The notes below the pieces were generated by a model that was not told where the DNA came from, searched no databases, and was given only the letters and a program-made list of their open reading frames with translations. This document shows positions 53,459-62,645 of a stretch of DNA of 64,000 nt, one piece after another. Location of the stretch: positions 21,769-85,768 of the forward strand of contig JARRJK010000006.1 of the NCBI GenBank assembly GCA_037379555.1. Reading direction: 5' to 3'. Both the position numbers and the translations under genes were made by a program. Origin of the DNA: Anaerolineales bacterium (GTDB taxonomy: Bacteria > Chloroflexota > Anaerolineae > Anaerolineales > E44-bin32). How positions within the stretch are numbered: the first letter of the stretch is position 1; the number at the start of each line of letters is the position of its first letter.

Positions 53459-55678
53459 ATGGATATCGTACTACCGGTTGGAAGCTCCCGCCTTCAACCC
53501 GGTCCATTGGATCGGTTCCTGCCTCCAGTGGAGGTCGGAACTGTTGAGCGAACGCTGGAGCTGTATCTGCAGGATGCTGAGCGCCTGCTCGATCCATTCG
53601 GCGCGTCGCCGCGCCTGGCGATGGAATGTGCCCGGGCCGGTCGGGAAGTGCTCGTCGCCGTGAACAATCCAGTCACACGCTTTGTCCTGCGCCACACGTT
53701 GAAGCCCTTTCAAGTCTCCGATCTTCAAGCTGCCCTGGCGCAGCTGGCTGCTATTCCAAAAGATGAAACACGCCTTGAACCCTTCATTCTCGATCTCTAT
53801 CGCAGCCACTGCTCCCGCTGCGGGGAACCCGTTCAGGTCGAGTACTACGTCTGGGATAAGGAGCTCGGAGGCCCTTCCCATAAGGTCTTTGCCTGCGAAC
53901 GATGCGGGTACGCGGGTGAGAGCGCAGCGACTGAGGATGATTGGAATCAGGCGCTGGATTATTCACGCCGCACGCTACAGCATGCGCTGGCGCTGGAACA
54001 GGTCGCGCCGGCCGGAGACCCTGACCGGAAGCATGCCGAAGCCGCCCTGGCAATGTATCCTGGGCGGGCGGTCTTCGCGTTGATCACGATCCTCAATAAG
54101 CTGGAGCAAGCGCCGATCGAACCGCGCTTGAAGGATGCGGCCGATGCCTTGCTGTTGCAAGCCTTCGACACCGCCAACGCGCTCTGGGGGCACCCGGAGG
54201 GCAGGGCGCGCCCGCGCCAGCTGGTCTCATCAAGCCGCTTTCGTGAATACAACGTGTGGCTGGCATTGGAACGCGCGGTTGACGTGTGGGCTGCGCCGGA
54301 TCCAGGGGTCCAGGTCCGGCAGTGGGAAGATGACGATGCATCCCGGGCCGGTGAGGTTACGATTTACTCTGGCTCGGCGCGCGAGTTGTGTCAGCAGCCC
54401 GACGCACTGGCCGGACTCGATGCAATCCTGACCGTGCCTCCGCGCCCCAACCAGGCCTATTGGACGCTTTCCGCGCTCTGGGCAGGATGGCTGTGGGGCC
54501 GGGAGGAGGCGGCGCCGATCAAGGTGGCGCTTCGCCGGCGCCGTTATGACTGGGCATGGCATGCGACGGCGCTGCGCACGGTCTTCTCGAGCGTCGCCGA
54601 AGCCTTCCCGGTTCAGCGGCTTTCCCTTGTCTATTTCCCCGAGGCCGAGCCCGGTTTCATCGCAGCCGCGTTGGCCGGGGTTGAAGGGGCTGGATTTTCG
54701 CTTCAAGGCCGGGCGCTGCGGGCTGACGAAGAGCAGCTGCTCACCCAGTGGGTTCTGCCTAACCGCCGCCCGGCCGAACCCGAGCTCGAGCATCGCGCAA
54801 GGGGCATGGAGCGGGCGGTCATCGAGGTGCTCTCGGCGCGCGCCGAACCGACGCCCTACAGCGTGCTGCACGCCGCCGTGTGGTCAGAATTGGCGGGCAC
54901 GGGCCGGATTGAGCGCGATTGGACCAACCTCCTCCGCCACCCGGTCCAGGCGCTTACCGATGAATTCGAACAACTGCTCCAGAAGCCGTCCATCGTCCAT
55001 CTCAGCCGAGGCAGCGAACCCCAGAGCGGACTGTACTCGCTTCGCTCCACTCCGGAGGCTGAGCCGCTCTCCGACCGTGTGGAGAGGGAGATCCTGGCGC
55101 AGCTGCGCAATCAAAGGCGGGTAAGCAGCCCGGAGCTGGATCAGGAAATCTGCCGCATCTTCACTGGATTGCTCACGCCCGATCGGCGCTGGGTGAGGGC
55201 ATGCCTGCAATCGTATGCTGAGCCCTCACCCGAGGGCGACGTCTGGAGCCTGCGCCAGGAGGATCAACCGGACAAGCGTGCGGAGGATCGCGAGGACATG
55301 CTCAGGTTGCTCCGGGACCTCGGATTGCGACTGGGTTTCGAAGTGCAGATGGATGGACATCTCAATTGGACTGAGACTTCCGGCAAGACGGCGTACAGGT
55401 TCGAAGTGCGAGAGACTTCGGCCTGGGGACATCCTGAACGCACCCCGGGACTGGAAGGACTCCTGTTCGTCGTTCCTGGCAGCCGCTCGGGCTTGATCGC
55501 TGAACGAACCCGGCGGAATCCCGAGTTCCGCACCTGGCTTGAGAGCGGAGTCAGAGTGATGAAATTCCGCCATGTCCGCCGCCTGCTGGACGAAACCACG
55601 TTGACGCGGGATAATTTAGCTCAGCGCCTGGCGATTGACCCGCCGGAACACCAGGACCCCCAGCTGCCATTGCTGTAG
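53459..55678 (+). CDS. Zn-ribbon DNA-methyltransferase homologue (COG1743-like) with degenerate catalytic motifs; function unknown
   Basis: LLDPFGASPRLAMECARAGREVLVAVNNPVTRFVL parallels the vlDPFxGxGxxxLEAxRLGxxxxxxDLNPVAxL AdoMet motif. Zn ribbon CSRCGEP...CERCGYAG. ILTVPPRPNQAYWTLSALWAGWLW parallels TDPPYyd..Y..LSDFFYvWL. The GxG and DPPY residues are replaced. Confidence 0.55.
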   Translation: MDIVLPVGSSRLQPGPLDRFLPPVEVGTVERTLELYLQDAERLLDPFGASPRLAMECARAGREVLVAVNNPVTRFVLRHTLKPFQVSDLQAALAQLAAIPKDETRLEPFILDLYRSHCSRCGEPVQVEYYVWDKELGGPSHKVFACERCGYAGESAATEDDWNQALDYSRRTLQHALALEQVAPAGDPDRKHAEAALAMYPGRAVFALITILNKLEQAPIEPRLKDAADALLLQAFDTANALWGHPEGRARPRQLVSSSRFREYNVWLALERAVDVWAAPDPGVQVRQWEDDDASRAGEVTIYSGSARELCQQPDALAGLDAILTVPPRPNQAYWTLSALWAGWLWGREEAAPIKVALRRRRYDWAWHATALRTVFSSVAEAFPVQRLSLVYFPEAEPGFIAAALAGVEGAGFSLQGRALRADEEQLLTQWVLPNRRPAEPELEHRARGMERAVIEVLSARAEPTPYSVLHAAVWSELAGTGRIERDWTNLLRHPVQALTDEFEQLLQKPSIVHLSRGSEPQSGLYSLRSTPEAEPLSDRVEREILAQLRNQRRVSSPELDQEICRIFTGLLTPDRRWVRACLQSYAEPSPEGDVWSLRQEDQPDKRAEDREDMLRLLRDLGLRLGFEVQMDGHLNWTETSGKTAYRFEVRETSAWGHPERTPGLEGLLFVVPGSRSGLIAERTRRNPEFRTWLESGVRVMKFRHVRRLLDETTLTRDNLAQRLAIDPPEHQDPQLPLL

Positions 55679-55693
55679 CCGTGCGGTGAGAGC

Positions 55694-56338
55694 ATGGCGT
55701 CGGCAGTCACCAATTCGAGAAACCTCATGAACATCCTACCGTACCTGGCCGTGATTCTGAGTTCATATTTCATCGGTGCGATACCCTTCGCTCTGTGGAT
55801 CACACGCTGGAAAACAGGAATCGACGTACGCAGTGTGGGTTCGGGCCATGCTGGCGCGACCAACGCCATGCGTGCAACCGGTTGGGGGACCGGTATCCTG
55901 GTGATGCTGCTCGACCTCGCTAAAGGCTACGCAGGCCTATGGATCACCCTGCAGCTGACGCCTGTGCCGGCCATGCTGGGCGTCTCCGCGGCGCTGATCG
56001 TCATCGGCCACTGCTGGCCGGTGTTCGCTGGTTTCCGCGGCGGCATGGGCATGGCGTCCGGCGGAGGCGCGCTGCGAGCAGTCTGGCCGCTCGGCTTTAT
56101 CCTGGGCATTGGCTTGGGCGCGCTGCTGCAGCTCTTGATCAGGCATTCGGCGCGCGGCAACATTGCCACCGCGATCCTGCTGCCGCCGATCTGGGTGCTG
56201 TTTGGCGCCAACGGCGGGATGATCGCCGTCGCGATCGGGGCAGGCCTGTTCGTAGCGCTGCGGGCGCTATCGGATTGGAACCGTGTGTATCGCGAGCTGT
56301 GGTTTGACCGAGGCGAGTCAGAGCAGGAGCGAGATTAA
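55694..56338 (+). CDS. plsY: Glycerol-3-phosphate acyltransferase PlsY
   Basis: SYFIGAIPFALWI...DVRSVGSGHAGATNAMR...D..KG motifs. Alternative start at 55730. Confidence 0.88.
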   Translation: MASAVTNSRNLMNILPYLAVILSSYFIGAIPFALWITRWKTGIDVRSVGSGHAGATNAMRATGWGTGILVMLLDLAKGYAGLWITLQLTPVPAMLGVSAALIVIGHCWPVFAGFRGGMGMASGGGALRAVWPLGFILGIGLGALLQLLIRHSARGNIATAILLPPIWVLFGANGGMIAVAIGAGLFVALRALSDWNRVYRELWFDRGESEQERD

Positions 56339-56358
56339 CTTCCCAGCCCTGGTGGGGC

Positions 56359-59300
56359 TCAGGGGGGTAGAGGCGGTGGATTTAACGTCGGGGAGGGCGT
56401 GGCGGTGGCCGTGAACGTCGAGGTCGGGGTGACGGTGGGGGTTTCCGTCACGGTCGGCGTGGGCGTCTCGGTGGGGGTTGGTGTGGGCGTGGGCGTCGGA
56501 GTCGGCAGGAGCAGGTTGATGGTGCGGGTGATCGAAGCCTTCCCGCCGCGTTCGCTGCGCACCGTCAGGCGCAGTGAGATGGGGCCGTTCGCAAGGCCAA
56601 AATCATCGAAATTGACTGTCCAGAGCAGGCCATTCTGAAGCACCTGGCTGTCGACTCGGGTGATATCAGGCCAGCTTCCCGGATTACGGCCGATTCCGTA
56701 CTCGATGATCCAATCGCGGAAGTCGCCCGTCGCGCCCGCCTGGCCATAAATTTCGACGACCGGATCGGTGAGGGTCGCTCCATCTGCCGGCTGGCTCAGC
56801 GCGAGGATTGGGCGCGGGCTGGAACTGTCGCAGGTGCGGGTCGGGATGAAGAAGAGATCCTTGTCCTCGAAGCCGTTCTCCTCCGCCCAGGCCTGGCCGG
56901 CCGAATCCTCCTGCAGCCATTCGCGCGCCCATGGGTCCTGGACTGCCAGTCCAAGCTTCTTCGTCGCGTAATCATCGCACTCGGCCGAGGCCAGCTCCAG
57001 GGCGAAGCTGTCGACCCAGACCTCCCGCCACAGGTCTTTGTCCTTGGGCAGCGGGAGCTGATCGCTGGCGAAGATCTCGGTCCGCTGGTTGGGGCACCAC
57101 TCGGAGGGCTCGGCCCCCGAAACGGCGCAGATCACGCGCTCGACCACTCCGGAAGGTCGCGGGTAGGGTGATGGGATGCCCCCGGTGAGCTGCTCCTGGG
57201 CGAACTGCATGAATTCGTTCCAGATCGGGGCGGCTCCGGTCAGGCCAGAGGTGTTGATCATCTCGGTGTAATCGGCGTTGCCAACCCAGACGCCGACGGT
57301 GATGTCCGGGGTATACCCGAGCGTCCAGTTGTCGCGGAAATTGTTCGTCGTACCGGTCTTGGCTGCCGCCGGGAACGGAAGGTGGAGCAGTGAATTCGGG
57401 CCGAAAGCCGGCGTACGGGCGGCATTGTCGCTCAGAATATCCGTGATCAGATAGGCGTGTTCAGGCCGGATGACCTGTTCGCCTTGCGGCTGGTCGTACT
57501 CGTAAACGACAACCCCTTCGTGATCCTCGATACGCAGGATGCCGGTTGGTTTGACCCTGACCCCGAGGTTAGCGAATGCGGAGTAGGCCGAGGTCAAATC
57601 GAGCAACGTCACATCGCCACCGCCGAGGGTGAGCGAGAGGCCGTAATCATCGCGCGTGAGCGTCGAGATCCCCAACCGCTGCGCGAAGGAGATGAAACCA
57701 TCTGGCTGGGGGGTATCGGGATTATCGTAGATGCCGATGAAATCGAGCGTCTTGACCGCCGGGATGTTGTACGAATTCGCCAGGGCATAGCGAGCCGTTA
57801 CCGGACCATGGAACCGCTCATCATAGTTGACCGGGATGTAGGGCGGGCGGGGATCGTTTGGATTCCCGGAGGGGGGGAACTCCGACGGGACATCCCAGAT
57901 CAGCGTGGCCGGGGTCCAGCCCTTCTCGAACGCTGCCGTATAGGTCAGCGGTTTGATCGATGAACCCGGTTGACGCGGCCTTATGGACATGTTGATCTGC
58001 CCGTCGATTTGCTCATTGTAGAAATCAGCCGAACCGATCATGGCGAGAATCTCGCCCGTGTCAGGTCGGATGGCAACCAGCGCGCCGTTTGTGGCGTGTT
58101 TATCAGCCAACGCCTCCACCTGCTGGCGCACGATATCCTGCCCGCGCTGCTGCAGGCGTGGGTCGAGCGTCGTGTACACGGTGAAACCCGAGCGGTAGAT
58201 GCGTTGCGGATCGTACATCGACTCCAGCTCGGAGCGTATGAAGTTCACCCAGTGTGGGAACCGCATGGTGATATCGGGGGTGGGGAACTCGAAATTCGTG
58301 ATCTCGGCCGCAGCAACGCCAGCCTCTTCCGGCGTGACGCAGATCGGCTGCTGCGAGTTGCTGACATAAATGCAGCCCTGCTGCAGGCTGGTGTCGACCA
58401 GCAGCGTCAGGACCTGGCGGTGGCGTGCGAGCGTCGCCTCACGGTTGGTGTAGATGTCATAGACGGACGGCGCCTGGACCAGTCCGGCGAGGAACGAAGC
58501 CTGGCCGAGGGTGAGTTTATCGGCGGTGGTGTTGAAATAGGTCTCGGCTGCTGCCTCGACCCCGTAGGCCAGGTTCCCGAAGAACGATTGGTTGAGATAG
58601 AGTTCGAGGATCTCGTCCTTTGTGTAGCGGCGCGTGATCTCGGCCGCAAGCATCACCTCACGCGTCTTCCGGCGGGCGCTGACGGTGGAGCGCTCCTCCG
58701 GCGTGAAAAGCAGGTTGCGGGCGACCTGCTGCGTAATGGTCGAGGCGCCTGAGACAACCTCGCCTTTGGTGTAGTTCTGCCAGAGGGCACGCAGCATGGC
58801 GAGCAGATCGAAGCCGGGGTGGCTGTAGAACTGCGAATCCTCGGTGGCGAGGATCGCGGCCACCATGTAGGGGGAGATGCGTTCGAGCGGGACGTATGTT
58901 CTCCGTCCGGCCTGGGGATCGAGAATCTCATAAAGTAAGTTGCCCTCGCGGTCGAGAATGCGGGTTGTCTCGAACTGCGCGGCGCGGTCCTTGAGATCCT
59001 CCACTGGAGGCAATGTCGAGGCGAGCGAAGCGTACTGGTAGAGCCCGAAAGAAACGACACCGATCAGCAAAGCGGCTCCGGCGAAAAGGCCCAGGATGAG
59101 CATCCGCAGCATGCACCCCCCGCAGCCGGACCAGCGCCCGGGCCGCCCGGGATCGCGCCTGGACGGATCAGTTCCGGGAACGTAGGCGGACGGAACAACG
59201 CGCGTTGCATCGAGATCGGTCACGGGGACTTGCAGAGGAAGAGGTTCTGCAGGTTCGGGAGAGGGCTCTTGTGAGGGGGGCGGTGCTTCGGATGAGGATT

Positions 59301-59586
59301 CTGGGGCGGCGGGTGTCGCTTCGCTGCCCGGTATTGCGGGCGGCGTCTGCTCGACCTCAGCCATCCATCCCCCGGTCAGATCGGGGATGCCGGTTGGATG
59401 CCGGTCGGGGTGAGCCTGTCCTGTATCTTGTTCCTCCCCCTTGGTGGGCTCACCTGACAGCAGCTGGCGGAAGCGCGCTGCGGGTTCACGCTCCGAGGAG
59501 CGGTCACCATCGCTCGCTGAAGAAGAAGGATCTTCGAGTTCTTCTCCATTTGTGGTTGAGGGATCTTCTTCCAATGGATCGCTCAT
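56359..59586 (-). CDS. Class A penicillin-binding protein (glycosyltransferase plus transpeptidase) with long disordered N-terminus and C-terminal extension
   Basis: GT51 motifs (EDSQFYSHPGFD; GASTITQQ). TPase motifs (SSIKP; SYN; KTGTT). About 150-aa acidic/Pro-rich cytoplasmic N-terminus, one TM helix, an extra C-terminal domain of about 250 aa and a PT-rich tail. Confidence 0.9.
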   Translation of the reverse strand: MSDPLEEDPSTTNGEELEDPSSSASDGDRSSEREPAARFRQLLSGEPTKGEEQDTGQAHPDRHPTGIPDLTGGWMAEVEQTPPAIPGSEATPAAPESSSEAPPPSQEPSPEPAEPLPLQVPVTDLDATRVVPSAYVPGTDPSRRDPGRPGRWSGCGGCMLRMLILGLFAGAALLIGVVSFGLYQYASLASTLPPVEDLKDRAAQFETTRILDREGNLLYEILDPQAGRRTYVPLERISPYMVAAILATEDSQFYSHPGFDLLAMLRALWQNYTKGEVVSGASTITQQVARNLLFTPEERSTVSARRKTREVMLAAEITRRYTKDEILELYLNQSFFGNLAYGVEAAAETYFNTTADKLTLGQASFLAGLVQAPSVYDIYTNREATLARHRQVLTLLVDTSLQQGCIYVSNSQQPICVTPEEAGVAAAEITNFEFPTPDITMRFPHWVNFIRSELESMYDPQRIYRSGFTVYTTLDPRLQQRGQDIVRQQVEALADKHATNGALVAIRPDTGEILAMIGSADFYNEQIDGQINMSIRPRQPGSSIKPLTYTAAFEKGWTPATLIWDVPSEFPPSGNPNDPRPPYIPVNYDERFHGPVTARYALANSYNIPAVKTLDFIGIYDNPDTPQPDGFISFAQRLGISTLTRDDYGLSLTLGGGDVTLLDLTSAYSAFANLGVRVKPTGILRIEDHEGVVVYEYDQPQGEQVIRPEHAYLITDILSDNAARTPAFGPNSLLHLPFPAAAKTGTTNNFRDNWTLGYTPDITVGVWVGNADYTEMINTSGLTGAAPIWNEFMQFAQEQLTGGIPSPYPRPSGVVERVICAVSGAEPSEWCPNQRTEIFASDQLPLPKDKDLWREVWVDSFALELASAECDDYATKKLGLAVQDPWAREWLQEDSAGQAWAEENGFEDKDLFFIPTRTCDSSSPRPILALSQPADGATLTDPVVEIYGQAGATGDFRDWIIEYGIGRNPGSWPDITRVDSQVLQNGLLWTVNFDDFGLANGPISLRLTVRSERGGKASITRTINLLLPTPTPTPTPTPTETPTPTVTETPTVTPTSTFTATATPSPTLNPPPLPP
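56362..56520 (-). repeat. Imperfect hexanucleotide (GGYGTS-type) low-complexity repeat encoding a Pro-Thr linker
   Basis: The plus strand reads ggcgtgggcgtctcggtgggggttggtgtgggcgtgggcgtcggagtcggc. It encodes ...PTPTPTPTPTPTETPTPTVTETPTVTPTS... at the PBP C-terminus. Confidence 0.6.
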
Positions 59587-59630
59587 GGTTGGCGATTATA
59601 GCACCTTGAGGGCGGCGGTCGAACACCTGC

Positions 59631-60098
59631 CTAATCCGGCCGACTGTGAACGATCACTGACCACTGCCCGCGCATCACGCTCTCATCGGCCTGGTTCTTC
59701 ACGTCCAGCGCCAGCAGCAGTGAACCGCCACCCAGCCTGGGCAGGGCTTTCTTTTCCGTAACTTCAAGCTGGACGTGGATCGTGTCGCCGATGTACACCG
59801 GCTGGCTGAATTTCCAGTCTTTGATCTCCCGGAATGCGATCACCGTTCCCTCGAGCACGCCAGTGCGGACGAGCAGGCCGGAGGCGACTGCCAGACCGAG
59901 CAAGCCATGCGCGACCCGCTGGCCGAAGCTCGTGGTTCCGGCGTACTCCGAATCGGTGTGGATGCCGTTGAAATCTCCGGAGATCCCGGCGAAGGCGACG
60001 ATATCCGCCTCGGTGATCGTCCTGCCCGGGCTGCGTACCTGCTGGCCAATCTCGAAATCCTCAAAATACATGCCGTGCAATTCGGGAAGCATCGTCAT
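59631..60098 (-). CDS. MaoC-like (R)-specific enoyl-CoA hydratase / hot-dog fold dehydratase
   Basis: FAGISGDFNGIHTD...AHGLLGLAVASGL hot-dog motif. ATG at 60098 with a ggaggtg RBS; the ORF extends to 60251. Confidence 0.8.
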   Translation of the reverse strand: MTMLPELHGMYFEDFEIGQQVRSPGRTITEADIVAFAGISGDFNGIHTDSEYAGTTSFGQRVAHGLLGLAVASGLLVRTGVLEGTVIAFREIKDWKFSQPVYIGDTIHVQLEVTEKKALPRLGGGSLLLALDVKNQADESVMRGQWSVIVHSRPD

Positions 60099-60214
60099 CG
60101 TCTTCTCACCTCCATCCAGCGGTTCTGATTCTAGCATGACCCATCCCGGGACAGGAGCGTCCATCAAGATTAACTCCTTTTGACGATTTCCGACACGCTC
60201 TTTACAATCGAGGT

Positions 60215-62611
60215 ATGCGCAAATGGAATTTGAACGCTGGCGAGATCGCACGTTTTCGCCTGGCGGCGGATGCCCGCCTGCCAGGTATGGACTACGCCGA
60301 TGATCACATCTGGGATTTGCGGTCTGGAGGCGGCAACCCTGCGGCGCTCGCCGTCGAAACCACCTACGGCTTGCGAGCGCGGGGCATGCGCCTCTTTCCC
60401 ATCATCACAGTCAGCGGGCAGCAGGCGATCGACCCCAGTACCTTTGCCAGAGAACCTTCCGTCCACACGGTGCTGCCGAATTACCTGGCGCTGAGCTGTC
60501 GACCGGTTGCGAACGTGCGGCTCCAGCTCGAGTACTGGGTCCATGATTCTCATGCTCTGCTTGGCCGGATCACGGTAGCAAACACTGGTGACGAAAACCT
60601 GGCGATCGATATGCGCCTGAACGCTCTTCTACTTGCTGGCGGAACCGGATCACCGTTTTCCGAATCTCAAATCGACGGAGTTCATGTTCTGGCCGGGAGC
60701 GTCGATCGCCTCAAACCGGTCGTCTTCCTGGAGGGTGGAGCGCGGACTCCGCCTTCTGCTTTCCCTGCGCTCAGTGTGAGTACGGCATTGGATCCAGGGC
60801 GAAGCCGGGCATGGATCTGGGCGCATGCGGCGGAGCGCGAGCAGCGGGCATCCTTCGATCGCGCACGCATGCTGTGCAACACAGCCTGGGAGCCGAACAT
60901 CGCCCGGCTGAAGCTGCTCAACGCCGGAATGGTGGAGGTTGAAACCGGCGACGAGACATGGGATGCCGCATTCTGGCTGACACAGGTCGCAGCGTTGCAG
61001 GCGTTCACCGGACCGACGCTCCGCAGCCATCACCCCGGATTGGTTGGGCGGCGGACGATTCGTGACGGCTTCTCACCTGCTGGCGACGGATCGGATTACG
61101 ATGGCGCCTGGGCTGGCCTCGATGCCAGCCAGGCCCACTTCATCGCACGCCAGATTGTGAACTGCGCGCCGGAGCTTGTCCAGGGAGAGCTGCGCAACCG
61201 GATCACTGCAGTTAACTCCGAAGGCGAGCTCGATGGATGTCCCGGTCCAGGCGGGCAGCGGGCAGGATGGGAGACCATCCCGCTGCTGGCGGATCTCACC
61301 TGGCGCACCTATGAACAAACTCAGGACCTGAGCTTGCTGCAGCAGGCTTATCCGGTCCTGTCAGATTCCGTCAGGCGCTGGCTCGATAAGAGTTGTGATC
61401 GCGACCAGGATGGGTTTCCCGAGTGGCAGTACCTGCCCCAGACCGGTTTTAGCGCGTGGCCGGCCTTCGTCGCCTGGCAGCGATGGGGACAGGGGTTGGA
61501 GATTGCCAAAGTTGAGCGGCCGGATCTGGCAGCCTATCTGTTTGCAGAGTGTTCGGCGCTCGAGAGGATCGCTGATGAACTCGGTGAAACCAGAGATCAA
61601 TCCTGGTTTCAGGCTGTCAGGACCAGTTTGCAGGAATCGCTGGAGTACGGCTGGTCGGAAAGGGCGAACTTCTATCAATCGCTCGACCGGGATTTAAACC
61701 AACCGCTTCAAGGCGAAAGGCTTGGAAGGGGCAAAGGATCATTCAAGCTGGAGATCAAGCGGGAATTCGATTCGCCAGTCCGGGTGCTCATTCGCACATT
61801 CGGCGCGGAGACGAAGGCCAGGGATTTGAAAGTCAAGATCCAGGGCAAAGGCCGGACAAACCGCAAGATGGTGGAGCAATTCACCGGTCGGAAGTTCCAG
61901 TGGTTCTGGAAGATGGGCTGTGCAACGGCAGAGAAGATGGCGACTGCATTGGATTGGGTCAAGATCGAGGGTTTAAATGATGATTTCTCGACCGACGTGT
62001 GGCTGGCAGATACCACCCGCCAGGACGTCAGCGGGCTGATGCCGCTGTGGGCAGGCATGATCCCATTCGACCGTGCGGTTCGGCTGATCGAAGCGACGCT
62101 GCTGGATGAGAGGCACTTCTGGCGGAAATTTGGCGTGCCTACGGTCTCAGCCCGGGATTCGGCGTACAAGCCAGAGCGGGAGGGGAATCCGGGCGGCATC
62201 TGGATGTTCGCCAACACATTGATCGGATATGGTTTGCTGCGCTACGGCTACCGCCAACGTGCGGTTGAGCTGGTGAGAAAGCTCATGCCGGCAGTGGTCG
62301 AGCGCCTTCAGCGAGAGGGTGATTTCGGAACCTATTACCACCCCGACGAATCGAAGCCGCTTGGCAGCCAGCATGGTTTCGAAGGACTGGCTCCGCTTGA
62401 CCTGTTCCTCGAATCGCTGGGTTTGAGGTTAAGTGAGCCTTCAAGGGTACGCGTCGAGCCTGGCAATCCTTATCCGTGGCCGATTTCGATCCGCTGGCGT
62501 GGGCTGACGGTCAAATACCAGGATGAGCAGGTGATCATCGTTTTCCCGGATGGCGCGTCTGTGCGTGTCAGCGGCGAGGAGCGGCAATGGGTCCTGCAGG
62601 AGCAGCGGTAA
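60215..62611 (+). CDS. Large (alpha/alpha)6-barrel-type glycoside hydrolase-like protein, family uncertain
   Basis: The C-terminal half has helical-hairpin GH features (DQDGFPEWQ; PDLAAYLF.E..AL; LMPLWAGMIP; GIWMFANTLIGYGLLRYGY) reminiscent of GH63/GDE-type enzymes. The N-terminal beta-rich region is unassigned. Lys-rich insertion around 61700-62000. Confidence 0.5.
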   Translation: MRKWNLNAGEIARFRLAADARLPGMDYADDHIWDLRSGGGNPAALAVETTYGLRARGMRLFPIITVSGQQAIDPSTFAREPSVHTVLPNYLALSCRPVANVRLQLEYWVHDSHALLGRITVANTGDENLAIDMRLNALLLAGGTGSPFSESQIDGVHVLAGSVDRLKPVVFLEGGARTPPSAFPALSVSTALDPGRSRAWIWAHAAEREQRASFDRARMLCNTAWEPNIARLKLLNAGMVEVETGDETWDAAFWLTQVAALQAFTGPTLRSHHPGLVGRRTIRDGFSPAGDGSDYDGAWAGLDASQAHFIARQIVNCAPELVQGELRNRITAVNSEGELDGCPGPGGQRAGWETIPLLADLTWRTYEQTQDLSLLQQAYPVLSDSVRRWLDKSCDRDQDGFPEWQYLPQTGFSAWPAFVAWQRWGQGLEIAKVERPDLAAYLFAECSALERIADELGETRDQSWFQAVRTSLQESLEYGWSERANFYQSLDRDLNQPLQGERLGRGKGSFKLEIKREFDSPVRVLIRTFGAETKARDLKVKIQGKGRTNRKMVEQFTGRKFQWFWKMGCATAEKMATALDWVKIEGLNDDFSTDVWLADTTRQDVSGLMPLWAGMIPFDRAVRLIEATLLDERHFWRKFGVPTVSARDSAYKPEREGNPGGIWMFANTLIGYGLLRYGYRQRAVELVRKLMPAVVERLQREGDFGTYYHPDESKPLGSQHGFEGLAPLDLFLESLGLRLSEPSRVRVEPGNPYPWPISIRWRGLTVKYQDEQVIIVFPDGASVRVSGEERQWVLQEQR

Positions 62612-62645
62612 CGCAATCCGGCGTGTGTGATAGAGTCATTGGGTT

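Noticed and set aside
53459-55678. Reading the methylase-like ORF as part of a restriction-modification or other phage-defence system.
   Set aside because: There are no adjacent nuclease, helicase, ATPase or specificity genes. The catalytic motifs are degenerate and the neighbours are core envelope and lipid genes. It is kept only as an orphan pseudo-enzyme finding.
56362-56520. Short tandem GGCGTG/GGTGTG-type repeats that superficially look like a repeat array.
   Set aside because: The unit is ~6 nt, imperfect, and has no spacers. It lies in frame inside the PBP gene and encodes a Pro-Thr linker, so it is not a CRISPR array or satellite.
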